Source of the DNA: Lepidodermella squamata
Taxonomy: Eukaryota > Animalia > Gastrotricha
Reading direction: 5' to 3'
Length of the DNA stretch: 64,000 nt
Assembly (NCBI GenBank): GCA_047495785.1
Contig: JBLDXI010000016.1
Location: forward strand, 1 to 64,000
Shown: positions 11,664 to 22,388 of the stretch, in pieces
How the letters are laid out: each line of letters opens with the position of its first letter
Numbering within the stretch: the first letter of the stretch is position 1
Notes under the pieces: generated by a model
What the model was told of the DNA's origin: nothing
Databases searched by the model: none
The model's input: the letters and a program-made list of their open reading frames with translations, nothing else
Made by a program: the position numbers and the translations under genes

Positions 11664-11705
11664 GATTATTGAAAATTAAATCTAATGAAATAAGAATGTA
11701 AAACT

Positions 11706-12068
11706 TTAAGGGATGGGTTCTTTATATTGGCATAACTTTTCATGCCCAAAAATGAGGTCATAAGTTAGAGTAATGGGACAGCCTTTATCAGAATATTGGC
11801 ATTTGTAAATCAAATTCGAGATAATGTTCGATAAAATTACAGGGGGTTTAACGAAATCTTTCCCTGTTAATGATTCGCGGCAAAGTGGACAGCAACATAC
11901 TGTTCGAGCTGAATTTTGAAAAATAGCGAGAACACATTTAGTACAAAATAAATGGCCACAGGGGCGCGTTTGAATAGGATTAAGTAGGATAGATAAACAA
12001 ATTGGACATTGCAAAGATTCAGCGTCTAAAATCTGGCTGTTCGAGAGCACAAGTCTTGTTGGATCCAT
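11706..12068 (-). CDS. C3HC4 RING + TRAF-type zinc-finger protein (putative E3 ligase)
   Basis: CPIC...PCGHLFCTKC...CPLCR followed by C.YSDKGC...HEKLC.Y. Confidence 0.88.
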   Translation of the reverse strand: MDPTRLVLSNSQILDAESLQCPICLSILLNPIQTRPCGHLFCTKCVLAIFQNSARTVCCCPLCRESLTGKDFVKPPVILSNIISNLIYKCQYSDKGCPITLTYDLIFGHEKLCQYKEPIP

Positions 12069-12078
12069 CAATGAGGAT

Positions 12079-12843
12079 TCAAGTCTGAGAGATTACAGGC
12101 GTGATAAGAGAGGCAACATACTGAGAAGCTTGCTTTAGAACCTCAGAGGCATTCAAATTATCAGTGTCGATAACAAGCACGGGACATGGTAGGGATTTGT
12201 TTGTAGTCTCAACAGTACACATTTTTTCATGAAACTCATGTACGAGGCGTAAATAATCCAGTGATAATAGCATTTCAGAACCCCGAGCTCTAGCTACGGC
12301 TCTTTGACAAGCTATTTGGGGAGAGGAGCGCAAGTAAATAATAGCTTCAGTTTTTACAAAATTCGGCTCGAAATTATCATACAAATTCATGAGAGCGTGA
12401 TATTCGATAGAATTTATGCGCTTGGATGCATACGCACATGGGATAAAGACGTTTTTAGAACAGAAGGGCGTTCGATCATGCAGAACGATAGTATGCGCCC
12501 CGTAGATTTCAGGTTTGTGGTTAGGGGCTGAATAAAGGCCGCACATATCACTCGTGGCTACAATTTGAAAGTTGAACGCATTTTTCATCTGATAGTAATC
12601 TTTCAAAATGTTAGTTTTATCGTCATCAGTAAAGGACTCCCAACGATGAACAGGCTCGCAAATTGGCCACGCGGTATATCCCTGAAGTTTACGGTTGAGT
12701 GAAGGTAGATTAGTGAGACCCTCGATTAAGGTTGATTTCCCGCTAAAACAAGAGACTTTAAATAGAATTCTATTCGGTGGAGTATATGAGACTTACGCCC
12801 CAATGTTGCCGACTATGCCGAAATGGTAGACTTTAGGATGCAT
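12079..12843 (-). CDS. Deoxynucleoside kinase (dNK family), 2 exons, ~236 aa
   Basis: Removing intron 12743-12796 restores the P-loop GNIGAGKST. Also EPVHRW, DRT and IIYLRSSP...R..AR.R..E....DYL..H motifs. Confidence 0.9.
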
Positions 12844-13277
12844 CCAGCTTGCTTCAAGAAATATGCTAAGTGTATTCTTGAAGCATCTCTCTTAAATAGT
12901 CTGAGTGATATTTCCATAAAAGGAAAAAACAGGGAGATGTTTTGTTTGAATTGTTTAAGGTAATTACACCGTAAAGGGTAAAAAATCCTAATTGCTTTTT
13001 ATTTTGATAAGTAAAAAATCGCATTGTTTAATTAGGGAGGATGTATAAGATTTATTGACATGATGTTTTCTTATTGAATTACCGACAGCAATTAAGGAGG
13101 ATGTATACAATACCAAGAATCTTTGATGAAAAGCATTAAAGCCAGCACTGAGGGGTCAACAGAGCTAAAGGCCCTAATGCATTTTTAAGGAAGATTGAAT
13201 TACAAAAACAATATGCCTGAAAGGAGGTAGCCGCTCACATAAAAATCGAACCTCAGTAACAATATAAATTATAAAAT
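12844..13277. promoter_or_regulatory. Divergent intergenic/promoter region between the dNK and dUTPase genes
   Basis: AT-rich non-coding gap between divergent starts. Near-identical motif AATTA(G/A)GGAGGATGTATA at ~13030 and ~13090; TATA-like sequence at ~13262-13276. Confidence 0.5.
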
Positions 13278-13781
13278 ATGAAGCTGAAGGTAGAGCTAAC
13301 AAGTAACAAAGCTAAAGAACCGACAAAGCATACTAAAGGCTCTGTGGGTTGGGACATCTATTCAGCAGAAGAGACGACACTGCAACCTGGAACCAGGGGA
13401 CTGATTCAAACTGATATTAAAATCTGTTTACCACGAGGATATTATGGACAACTATTCAGTCGATCAGGAATGAGCATCAACCATGGAATCGATACGGTCG
13501 CTGGAGTAATAGGTAAGAAGCAAATAATAATGAAAATTACTAATGAATATCTGTATTTTTCATGAATTAAAGACGCCGACTACACCGGAAAAATCGTAGT
13601 CTGCCTTGCAAACAACAGCAAAACACCTTACAAGATTAAAATAGGCGACCGTATTACCCAGTTGGTGTGTTTAAAATATGGTCGCTTAGAATCTGCAGTA
13701 ACGGTAACGGGGCCATTGAAAAACGCTCTAGCAGCAAATTCGACCCGTGGCGATAACGGATTCGGTTCATCTGGACGTTAA
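13278..13781 (+). CDS. dut: Trimeric dUTPase, 2 exons, ~147 aa
   Basis: Intron 13513-13572. Motifs GWDI, SRSG, GVIDADYTG, GDRITQL, RGDNGFGSSG. Confidence 0.95.
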
Positions 13782-14047
13782 CCCCTCCAATCAAGCCGCT
13801 ACAAATCTCTGAACAAATGAATAGAAAAACTGATAAGACTTATCCCAGCTATAAATTCATTGCTTGAAACGTTAAGACTAATAAAAAGTGTTTGTGTGAA
13901 TGAAAAAGGGCTCTATTGCAGCTGCACTAAAGAAGCAGTGTAAAAATGATTAGTTTAGCTCATAACAGGTGAAAAAACGAAGATTTGTTTATTTTAGTTA
14001 GGTGAAATCATAGCAGTGGGTTAAAACGAAGGTATATTGACAAGAAG

Positions 14048-14234
14048 CGGCTATAGTACAAATCGCCGTACTGCTATTACTCATCCCCAAATTGCGTATA
14101 TTTATACCAAACGGGTATAGTAAAAATCGCCGTACTGCCATTACTGATCGCAAATTGCGTATATTTATACCAAACGGCTATAGTAAAAATCGCCGTACTG
14201 CTATTACTGATCCAAAGTTCCCATCCTTACTACT
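14048..14234 (+). repeat. Subterminal ~63-64 bp tandem repeats (about 2.6 copies) and right terminus of the Polinton TIR
   Basis: Units start at 14048, 14112 and 14175 (CGGCTATAGTAAAAATCGCCGTACTGCTATTACTGATC...), followed by CCTTACTACT. Confidence 0.9.
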
Positions 14235-15206
14235 AGCAGAAGATCTTACTATCAACAATCGCGGCTAAGGGTAGGCAGTTGAAACAGTCGATGAAGGTGT
14301 GCCACAGCTTCGGGCTAAATCTTCGTTTGCATTCGTCGTGAAATCCGTAGATGTACGATATCGTTGAAGTTTCGTGATTGCCGCGGAGGATGAAAAACTT
14401 GTCAGGGTATTTGACTTTGTAACAAAGTAATAGGCACATTGTCTCGAGCTGTTGTGGGCCTCTATCGACGTAATCGCCCAGGAATAGGTAGTTTGAATCT
14501 GGAGGGAAGCCGGCTACACCGAATATTCGAACAAGGTCCGTGAATTGGCCGTGAAGATCGCCTAAATTCAGATGGGTAATGCTGGAATCGATAGATTTAT
14601 TACAGTAATTACCGCAAATTTTGATGGGAGCAGGGATTTCGAGTAGAGTAGGCTGACTTAGAAAAATGTCTCTTGCATTATGGCATAGAGCTGTGATTTC
14701 CCACTCGCTCATCTGCACCCTGTCGCCCAGCCACGCTTCTACAGATAAAATGTTACTTAAGAGGGTCCCCCACAGAGCAGCAGGCTTCAAAGCAGGGTAA
14801 ATGCACAAAACAGTCCTCCTAGCAGGCGCTCAGTCTTAGCCTCTGATTTTCAACCTATGGACTAACATGATGGTCAGCCATTCTAGCTTTTCACACCACA
14901 AATTGAGGAGCAAAAGTCATGAAAACTCCGTAATGTAGCTCAGACCTCAATTTGGTCGAAAGAGTCGTTTTTCAAAAAATTTCTTAAATTTATGATGAGC
15001 CCATATTCAGGAAAATTACGCAGAATTTTAACGTAATTAATTCGATATATTGTTGCGTGGCGTTTGCGCCGCTTTTTGAGTTTATCCTGCTTTAAAGCCT
15101 GCTGCTCTGTATGGGGGCCCGACTTGAGACGCACAAATTTCGAAAACTCACCCTCTAACAGCCTCGAGATCAAATGATCAACGTCCAATACATAACCTCC
15201 AGGCAT
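14235..15206 (-). pseudogene. Host PP1-type Ser/Thr phosphatase catalytic subunit, 5' part, interrupted by the Polinton
   Basis: Exons 15152-15206, 14613-14738, 14235-14561. Motifs GDLHGQ, GDYVDRG, RGNHE. The sequence breaks at AIVDSKIFC, just before the expected CHGGLSP. Confidence 0.9.
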
Positions 15207-15417
15207 TTTATGCTGAAATAATCTAACAGATGAAAATGAATGCATTAAACGCAATTGCCTTAAACGTAACTGTTGACTTCAGATGATTTTATGATTGTAA
15301 GTCTAGCCAAGCATCGGTAGTCGTAATAAAAATCATGAATCAGAAAGGAATATCCTCTCGCTTGGATTGCTTATTGCCTAAGTCAATTTCCCCCCTTTTG
15401 AGTCATTCAGCGCTGAG

Positions 15418-16677
15418 ATGAGAAGGATGCTTAGTAAGCTCGCGATTACCTTATTTGCCATTGTCCCAGCATTTTCTGGGATGCAGCTGCCTAATGACAG
15501 GAAAGCAAAGCCTGTGAGCAAATTGAATCGCGACGATTTGCTAACAGCCTCCCCTACTCCTCCGACATGCGGAAAAGGCAAGTTGAGACAATCGATTCCG
15601 GAAAACGCCGAATCTACCACTGAGGGGCTTAACGCTAAAGCAACTGAATTCCCTCATTTCATACTCTTAAGGTATAAGCTTTTCATCTTTACTTCTCATG
15701 ACCAAAAATATCGTGAAAAAATACAGAAGTAAATGTTTTCTCAGGTTGCTATTTTCATCCTTATTTCGGTAATTTCTTTAGGATCGATTCCGGAGGAGAA
15801 AAGTTTGCTTGGTGTACTGGGGCGCTGATTGCCCGAAAGTGGATCCTTTCCTCGGCAAGTTGCCTCGGAAAGGGAGTCCAGATGGCTGCTTTTTACGGCG
15901 TCGACGTTATTGAAAGGTCGACGGTCGCACGAGAAATCGATTTGATAAACAGTGAAGGCAAAGCTTTGGATGACATCTTAACAGATTTGGTCATCATTCA
16001 TCCGAAATTCGAATCAGACAAGAATCCTGAGTTCAATTTTGCTCTAATACGAATCTCCCCTACTCACTTTGAGTTGAGCAATGGGAAGAGTGTTGTGAGC
16101 GCGAAATCTTACAACAATTTCTCGGAAATCTTTTCCCCGATTTGCCTGGCTGATGCTCCATCTCCTGGTAATAAGTCCTTGCTTCTTGAAACTACGTTTT
16201 CTGGCACGCAAACAGATGGCGACATTACAAAAAATCGCTTGCAAAGTTTCCAACAAAAGGTATGCGATTGTTTCGTTGGGGTTTTTTTGTATACGAATCA
16301 TCTTTTTTCAGCCCTGTCCCGATCTTTTGAATACCAAATCGCCCTTGGTAAGATCAATCTATTCATAAGCATATCTGATTTTGTTGTTGTTATAGTTCTG
16401 CACCGAATCATTTCGAGCTTGTGGGTCACATTCCGGATCGTTGTTGACGTACCTCGGGGAAGGCGATCGATGGTACTTACTCGGCCTTTCTAACAATTTT
16501 GAATGTGTCGATGAGATGAGAAAGTTATTCACGGTGTTAAATCCTGAAATCATGACTTGGATAAAGGCGTGGACGGATGAACAGCAGAAAAATGGTACAT
16601 CGTCGCGTGCAATTAACGCTTCAGGTTCATTTCCCTTGCTTTTATTACTAATAATGACGTTTGCAATTATGGAATGA
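15418..16677 (+). CDS. Secreted/GPI-like serine protease homolog, probably non-catalytic (multi-exon)
   Basis: Signal peptide; CTGALIARKWILSSASC in place of TAAHC; FNFALI in place of D.AL; PICL; no GDSGG; hydrophobic C-terminus. Exon boundaries approximate. Confidence 0.65.
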
Positions 16678-17605
16678 ACAACTTATTGGAAATGTGATCG
16701 TCTCATGATTTTCCCTTATTTCATAAAGAAAATTCTCAATGTGGATCAAATAATTTTATATTTATGTAAAAAATGACCTTGCCACACCCTCTGCGCGGTT
16801 TCCATTGACCACGAGCGTAAACTCCATATTTGATGGTAAATTGCTACGGCAGAAAACGTTTGTTCCAAAAAAGCTAATGGATCGCACGACCAAAATGTTT
16901 CATCGGGGGTCATGGCAACGATCGATTGACCAATCAGCGTGCGCATTGGATTGGAGTTTCAAGTGGTCACGCAATGCAAGCTGTTTTTGATAAACATTAG
17001 AAAAATCACTCATGCGAGCCAGCAATATGCGCCTGGGCTCATAAATTCAAGAAATTTGAGCACTTTGAGTAATTTGAGTGTATTTGGCGTGTGTATTTTT
17101 GAAATTTCGACGTCATGTCGGTTTGGCCAAAACTCGGTCTCAAATGAGATTTTTATAGTTACGAGCTCAGAATTTACTGCCAGTCATTTTTCTGAAAATC
17201 GCACCTCAAAATTTCCAAGTAATATGTCCGCTTTCGTTCCTTTTTGCGAGTTCATAAGCAGTATGTAATATGTTCATAGCATGAGCTCGAGAAGAGCATC
17301 AAAAAATCACTCAATCGCGAGCCAAATGTTGGTGTGAAAATCACCGAAAAAAATCGATGCACGCATGAGGAATCGAACCGAAGCAGCGCGATGTTGATGT
17401 CAGCAGGTGTATTTTTGGCTTTGTGCTTACTGAAAATGAGGAAAATTACCTTCATTGTTTCGAAAATTATGATTCTGGGACAATATTTATTATATTGCCT
17501 GTCTAGACTTGCGAATAATTTTTTCGGTATTTATAAAGCACCAATGTTGAAGTCATTGATTTATTCTTTCTTGAGAATACGAGTTCCGAATTAAAACCAA
17601 GAGTC

Positions 17606-18030
17606 ATGCATTTTATGGGTGTTTTTTGTCTCTCTATCCTTTTGTTTTCCGCGGCTGTATCGTGCTGCAAACCGTGCCGTGCTGCGGATTATCCATTATT
17701 AAATATCGATGAAGACATGCTTGTCGATGCTCAAGAATTAAAACCAGAAGAATACCCTGGTAGAAGCATCAAAACCAACGGCAGAAATAAAAATCACATA
17801 AATGAAAACGGAGAATTCGCGTAAGTTCTGAATTGTTTTATTTTCCCGCATCTAGTATAATAATTACAGACCCGGTCTTCAGCAAGAATTTGGTCTCTGA
17901 AGTTTGATAAGGGAGAAGCTATGATAAAACTTGCAACTTTGGAGGATCACATAATGTATGAGCAGACCGTTCATCGTGATAATAAAGATCTGAGGTTCTC
18001 ATCTAGATGCGTTTTTGGTATCTATGCTTG
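17606..18030 (+). CDS. Small putatively secreted orphan protein, copy 1 (multi-exon; 3' end uncertain)
   Basis: Hydrophobic N-terminus. VDAQELKPEEYPGRSIKT...HINENGEF followed by a GTAAGT donor, shared with copies at ~24921 and ~31370. Confidence 0.5.
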
Positions 18031-18539
18031 ATTGACGGGAATTTAGGCAATTATGACCATTTTATTGCTTCTTCACATCGACCTCTCCGAAGGGATCAGT
18101 CCCATGTCCCATCATTCCGAGCTTGTGGATCATTTTTCTGATCTTTGTTGACGTACCCTGGGGAAGGAACTTACTAGGCCTGTCTAAAAATTAGGTCCAA
18201 GTTTGGCGAGTCAATTCTTTTGGGATGGGTCCAAAATACTCCATATTTGCTACTTTGCCCACCTATCTCGCTTGACCTTGACTTTCAGCTCAATTAAAGG
18301 TTGTTGAATGCTCCTCTCATAACTCACAAGAGTACAGAACGGGCAAGACGTACCTAAAACGTGATCAAAAGTTGACACTAACCGTTATAAATTCAAACAT
18401 CAATAAATGTTAATTAGTTGGTAATGCAGGGGCCTGTATATCTAATTTCGGCTAATTCCTTTGAAACCTGAAACTTCCCACGGCATTTCAATTTATTTAA
18501 CACAACACCTCGGTTCATACCTCGCAATATTCCGCTTTC

Positions 18540-20867
18540 ATGTCCTTTACAATCACTCTTGCAGCTGGGCTTGTGTTTGCGGGGCTGAGTTATAGCTCAG
18601 CAAAGCCTTACAAACTGAACGTTTTATACATAGCGCCGAATGGTCTGGTGAGAAACAGCTCGTTTCAGGTTGTAACTCAATTCGTCACTAATCACGTCAA
18701 TTCAAGAACTGACATTTTACCCGATTACGAATTGCAGCTGGCTATTGGTGACGAGGGAAGTGGTGGCTCGTTATCCGCTCGTCACGTGATCGATTTCGAC
18801 AGAAGTTTCTCGAACTCGTCTACTTACAAATCGCCTCTAATCTTAGGCCCCAGTACCTCGAATGGCTGCAAAGCAGCTGGAGCCTTGCTATTTCACCTGA
18901 ACCTCGTTGAATTGAGCACGTTCTGCGCAGCGCCGATACTGGTTGACCGAACAAGGTATAGGAACCTATTTCTTATGTTCTCAACCGGCCGAGTCACAGC
19001 GATAGGCATTATTCGATTTGTTAAAGATGTCGGAAAATGGTCGCGGATAGGCATATTGGCCGATGCCTCTAATCCTTATTCGTTTGCTACTGCTGTTCAC
19101 GTGAATTCAGTCGCGACCCAAACAGGCATTGATGTTCCCTTCTTCGATGCTGACATCGAAATGAGTTCGGATAAAGTTTCCACGCTGAAGCGGCTTGACG
19201 TACGAATCTTAGTGTTACTATCATTTTCTTCCAATAAATTTCTAGGATGGAGTTTAATCTGTAACTTAGCGAAGCATGGAATGATAGGGCCCAAGTTTTT
19301 CATCATCACAAACACTAACTATCCGGATTTTACGGACGTCCCCGAGGAGCCATATCCTGGCTGCAAAAGGGAAATAATCGCTGAAGCTTTGAAATATCTA
19401 GTTTTCATCTACCAGCAACGCTACGACGAATTTCTGCCTACAAAGTCGTCATTCGGACATTCTTTCACCGATTTTGTAGCTTCGATCAGATCCATTCATC
19501 CTGAGGTTAGGTCATACTCTGATTACGTCTTAAGCTTCACATACTACGACACGCTGCTTCGAGGGATTATAGCTTTGAATGAGACGGAAATTCGGTTGAA
19601 AGCTCGGAATCTCAGTCTTCGGGATTACGAGCTAAACCAACGATTCATCATGGAAATCGCAAACGAGACGCTGTATCAGTTGAGAGTTTCTGGACTTCGG
19701 ATGGGAGAAATGTATTACGGCAAAACTGGAGAGGTCGATAACGACGTCATTTCCATAGGCCAATACACTCCTATCTTAGGATATCGCAATGTTGTATCGG
19801 TCCGGTTGAAGCACAATGCAAATGATTCGAATTTTACTTCGTATGAGACTGTCAAAATTGGAGGTAATCAGTACAATTTCTCATCTGGCCAGCCGCCGAG
19901 GGATCGCAGGAATTACGTTACTTTCATTCAGCAAATCTCATGGGGAGTCTGTCTCACTGTAATCTCTCTCGCCTCTCTACTTTCGATCGTTCAATTAGCT
20001 TCTATGGTGATTGGCGCAAGGGAGTTAATTAGGTCAAGCATTGAAGACGAGCACGACTTTTCAATTAAAATGTTTGGATTGTCATCGTGCATTGTTTTGA
20101 ACATTTCGTCCATTCTTTTCGCGTGGCCGATTGGCCAATCTTCGGTTGAAGCACGTTCTCTTTGGATTAGCAAAATTCTTCTCATTTGTAGTGGAACTTC
20201 TGGAATTTTCGCAATTACCTCATTCCGGGCGGTCTTTCTATGCAATGAACTAAGGCTGAAATACCTATTGAAACGCGAGCGAATTGCTTCAAGAGCTGTC
20301 CTAGCATATACATATCGTCACGATGAAGAAAATATGCCCAGGGACGTGAGAATCGACCACCGCAGAGTTGCAAAACAAACTATAGCTTCCACGGGTGCTT
20401 TCGTGCTTTCGAACATTATTCTTGCTGCGATTTTGTTTGCGACTCGCCGTGTATTTTGTGCACTTGAGTTCTATCATTCTGTCGAAGACGATGAAAATGA
20501 TTTGACGATTCGTCAGCTTATCATGGTTTGTCAAAGTGATAGATTCAAGGTGTATTGTGGAGTTTTTCTGGCATTTCAATTCTTGCTGCTGTTAGCCGGT
20601 GCCTATTCAGCTTATCGGATAAAGAGGGACATCCCGATGGGTAAACGGCAGAAAATTCTGTCGGCTGAACTAGCGTTTGGCCGGTTTGGCATAGCTAACA
20701 GCTTGACTGTTCTCCTCGCATCAGCTTTTATTGTTGAGACTTTGAGCGGAGATTACGCGGCCCAGAACATGTTTGTGGCTTTTGCTGGCCTGTTTCAATC
20801 GCTTATGTCCTCTTTGCTATGGATTTCACCGATTGTTCTAAGCAAGAGTTCTGAGCTATTCTCGTAA
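18540..20867 (+). CDS. GABA-B-like class C GPCR (Venus flytrap + 7TM), intronless
   Basis: Signal peptide, HVNSRTDILPDYEL, ILGPSTS, DRTRYRNLF; seven hydrophobic segments with no cysteine-rich domain. Confidence 0.88.
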   Translation: MSFTITLAAGLVFAGLSYSSAKPYKLNVLYIAPNGLVRNSSFQVVTQFVTNHVNSRTDILPDYELQLAIGDEGSGGSLSARHVIDFDRSFSNSSTYKSPLILGPSTSNGCKAAGALLFHLNLVELSTFCAAPILVDRTRYRNLFLMFSTGRVTAIGIIRFVKDVGKWSRIGILADASNPYSFATAVHVNSVATQTGIDVPFFDADIEMSSDKVSTLKRLDVRILVLLSFSSNKFLGWSLICNLAKHGMIGPKFFIITNTNYPDFTDVPEEPYPGCKREIIAEALKYLVFIYQQRYDEFLPTKSSFGHSFTDFVASIRSIHPEVRSYSDYVLSFTYYDTLLRGIIALNETEIRLKARNLSLRDYELNQRFIMEIANETLYQLRVSGLRMGEMYYGKTGEVDNDVISIGQYTPILGYRNVVSVRLKHNANDSNFTSYETVKIGGNQYNFSSGQPPRDRRNYVTFIQQISWGVCLTVISLASLLSIVQLASMVIGARELIRSSIEDEHDFSIKMFGLSSCIVLNISSILFAWPIGQSSVEARSLWISKILLICSGTSGIFAITSFRAVFLCNELRLKYLLKRERIASRAVLAYTYRHDEENMPRDVRIDHRRVAKQTIASTGAFVLSNIILAAILFATRRVFCALEFYHSVEDDENDLTIRQLIMVCQSDRFKVYCGVFLAFQFLLLLAGAYSAYRIKRDIPMGKRQKILSAELAFGRFGIANSLTVLLASAFIVETLSGDYAAQNMFVAFAGLFQSLMSSLLWISPIVLSKSSELFS

Positions 20868-21053
20868 AGCGTCACAGCCGTCTTCAGCTTTAGATTGATA
20901 AGAATAAAGAGAGCTTTGAACCTTCCCTTGTTGATTAGGCTTCTAACTTCGTGCAGCAGACAGGAGCAGACAGATGCGTGATTTGCATTTTCAACTCATA
21001 ATTCGTAAGCTTTTGCGATTAAATCCTCTACAACGAGTTCATTCGAGTGAGAA

Positions 21054-22388
21054 ATGTTACCCCTCAGGAATATTTGCTTCCTCATACATCCTGTACAAGC
21101 TCTATCCTCAGCTCAGAACTTCGCCCAGTGGACATATCCGCTAAGAAGATTGCAAACAACTCAGCGAATTCAGAACTACAACAGTCACGCTCATAGAGCA
21201 GAGCGAATCCGGGGTGAACTCGACGCATTTTCTCCCCTGCATTGCGGTAAACTTGGCCAAAACGGTAATGGCAAACGGCGTGTTAAATTTGGCATCCTCG
21301 GGCGGATCCTTGGTGGGCTGGAGGTCACCACTAGCATGTATCCATATCAGGTTTTGCTCATGTTAGACCTTTACGGTGTCTAGGTTTAGGAGAACATGTC
21401 TAGCTTAACATTTTCCTGTATTCAGGGTACGAGAAAACAGTGGCCTGCGTCAGAATTGTGGTGGCGTGCTTATAGACCGCGAATGGGTCCTGACAGCGGC
21501 ACATTGCTTACAGAAACCGCAACAGCACGTTGTGTTTTTTGGAGTCGATTCCATTGACAAACAGCGAGGGCCGTTAACTTATATGCTCGAGCCTGCTGTA
21601 CAGCGGACGGTCGATCAAATTACGATCCATCCGAACTTCGAACGAGACAACACCTTGGACCCAGCGTTTGACTATGCTTTAGTTCATTTTGGTAATTTTT
21701 CATGGATATGCGCATATTTTATGACTGAATTTACCTGAAAGAGCCCATCGAGTATTCAGGCTACATAGCTCCTATCTGCATTTTCCGGCAAAATACTCCG
21801 TTTTTCGATGGTGGAACAACAGCAGTTGCAACGGGTTATGGTTTGGTTCAAAGTGGCGGCCCTGTCAGCGAAGTATTGCGATCAATTCAAAACAATATAA
21901 TGCCCATAAAAGTAAGTCCATTGAACTGAATCCGCCAAACCAGTCAATGAATTTACATAGGAGTGTCAAATTGCGAAGTATTACGGAAATCCTATCGATC
22001 CAGGAACGGTAAGTGAATTCCTCAGATTTTCCTTTCAACTCAATGAAATTGCTTTAAATTTAAAGTAACACATTTTCAGATGATTTGCCTTGATACGAAT
22101 GGGCAACGGGATACTTGTACGGGCGACTCTGGTGGACCCTGGGCCACTATAGCCCGCCCGTTCCCTGGAGCTGGGCAGCGAATGACGTTGGTAGGAATTA
22201 CAAGCTATGGGAATCCTAGCGGCTGCGGTGACCCTCCAAGTGTTGGGGCGAGAATTACTGACAACGTTGTAGCTTGGATACTGAAATTGGTAAACAGGAA
22301 GGCGAAGAAGCGGAGAATACGGACCTCCTTCAATCTGTATATAACAGATGGAACACAGAAGTCAACAAATTTAAGAACTGGCAAATAA
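21054..22388 (+). CDS. Trypsin-like serine protease (multi-exon)
   Basis: R-ILGG activation site, CGG, TAAHC, DYAL and DTCTGDSGGP across short introns. Confidence 0.88.

Larger units (their letters stand above)
1..14234. mobile_element. Polinton/Maverick (adintovirus-like) endogenous virus, right-hand part; left end and integrase lie outside the window
   Basis: Co-located pPolB, major and minor capsid, adenain and A32-like ATPase genes. Ends in ...CCTTACTACT at 14234 (Polinton-type AGTAGT/ACTACT terminus), directly abutting an interrupted host gene. Confidence 0.95.

Noticed and set aside
13821-13943. Short open frame after dUTPase (IEKLIRLIP...CSCTKEAV)
   Set aside because: No start codon or clear splice acceptor; too short to support.
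14048-14220. Tandem repeats as a CRISPR array
   Set aside because: The units are contiguous near-identical repeats without unique spacers, in a eukaryotic context with no cas genes.
1-14234. Integrase or envelope/fusogen gene of the Polinton
   Set aside because: None is visible. The left part of the element is outside the window, so absence cannot be concluded.
14235-15206. PP1 as viral cargo
   Set aside because: It lies outside the ACTACT terminus and is cut mid-motif, so it is the insertion target.
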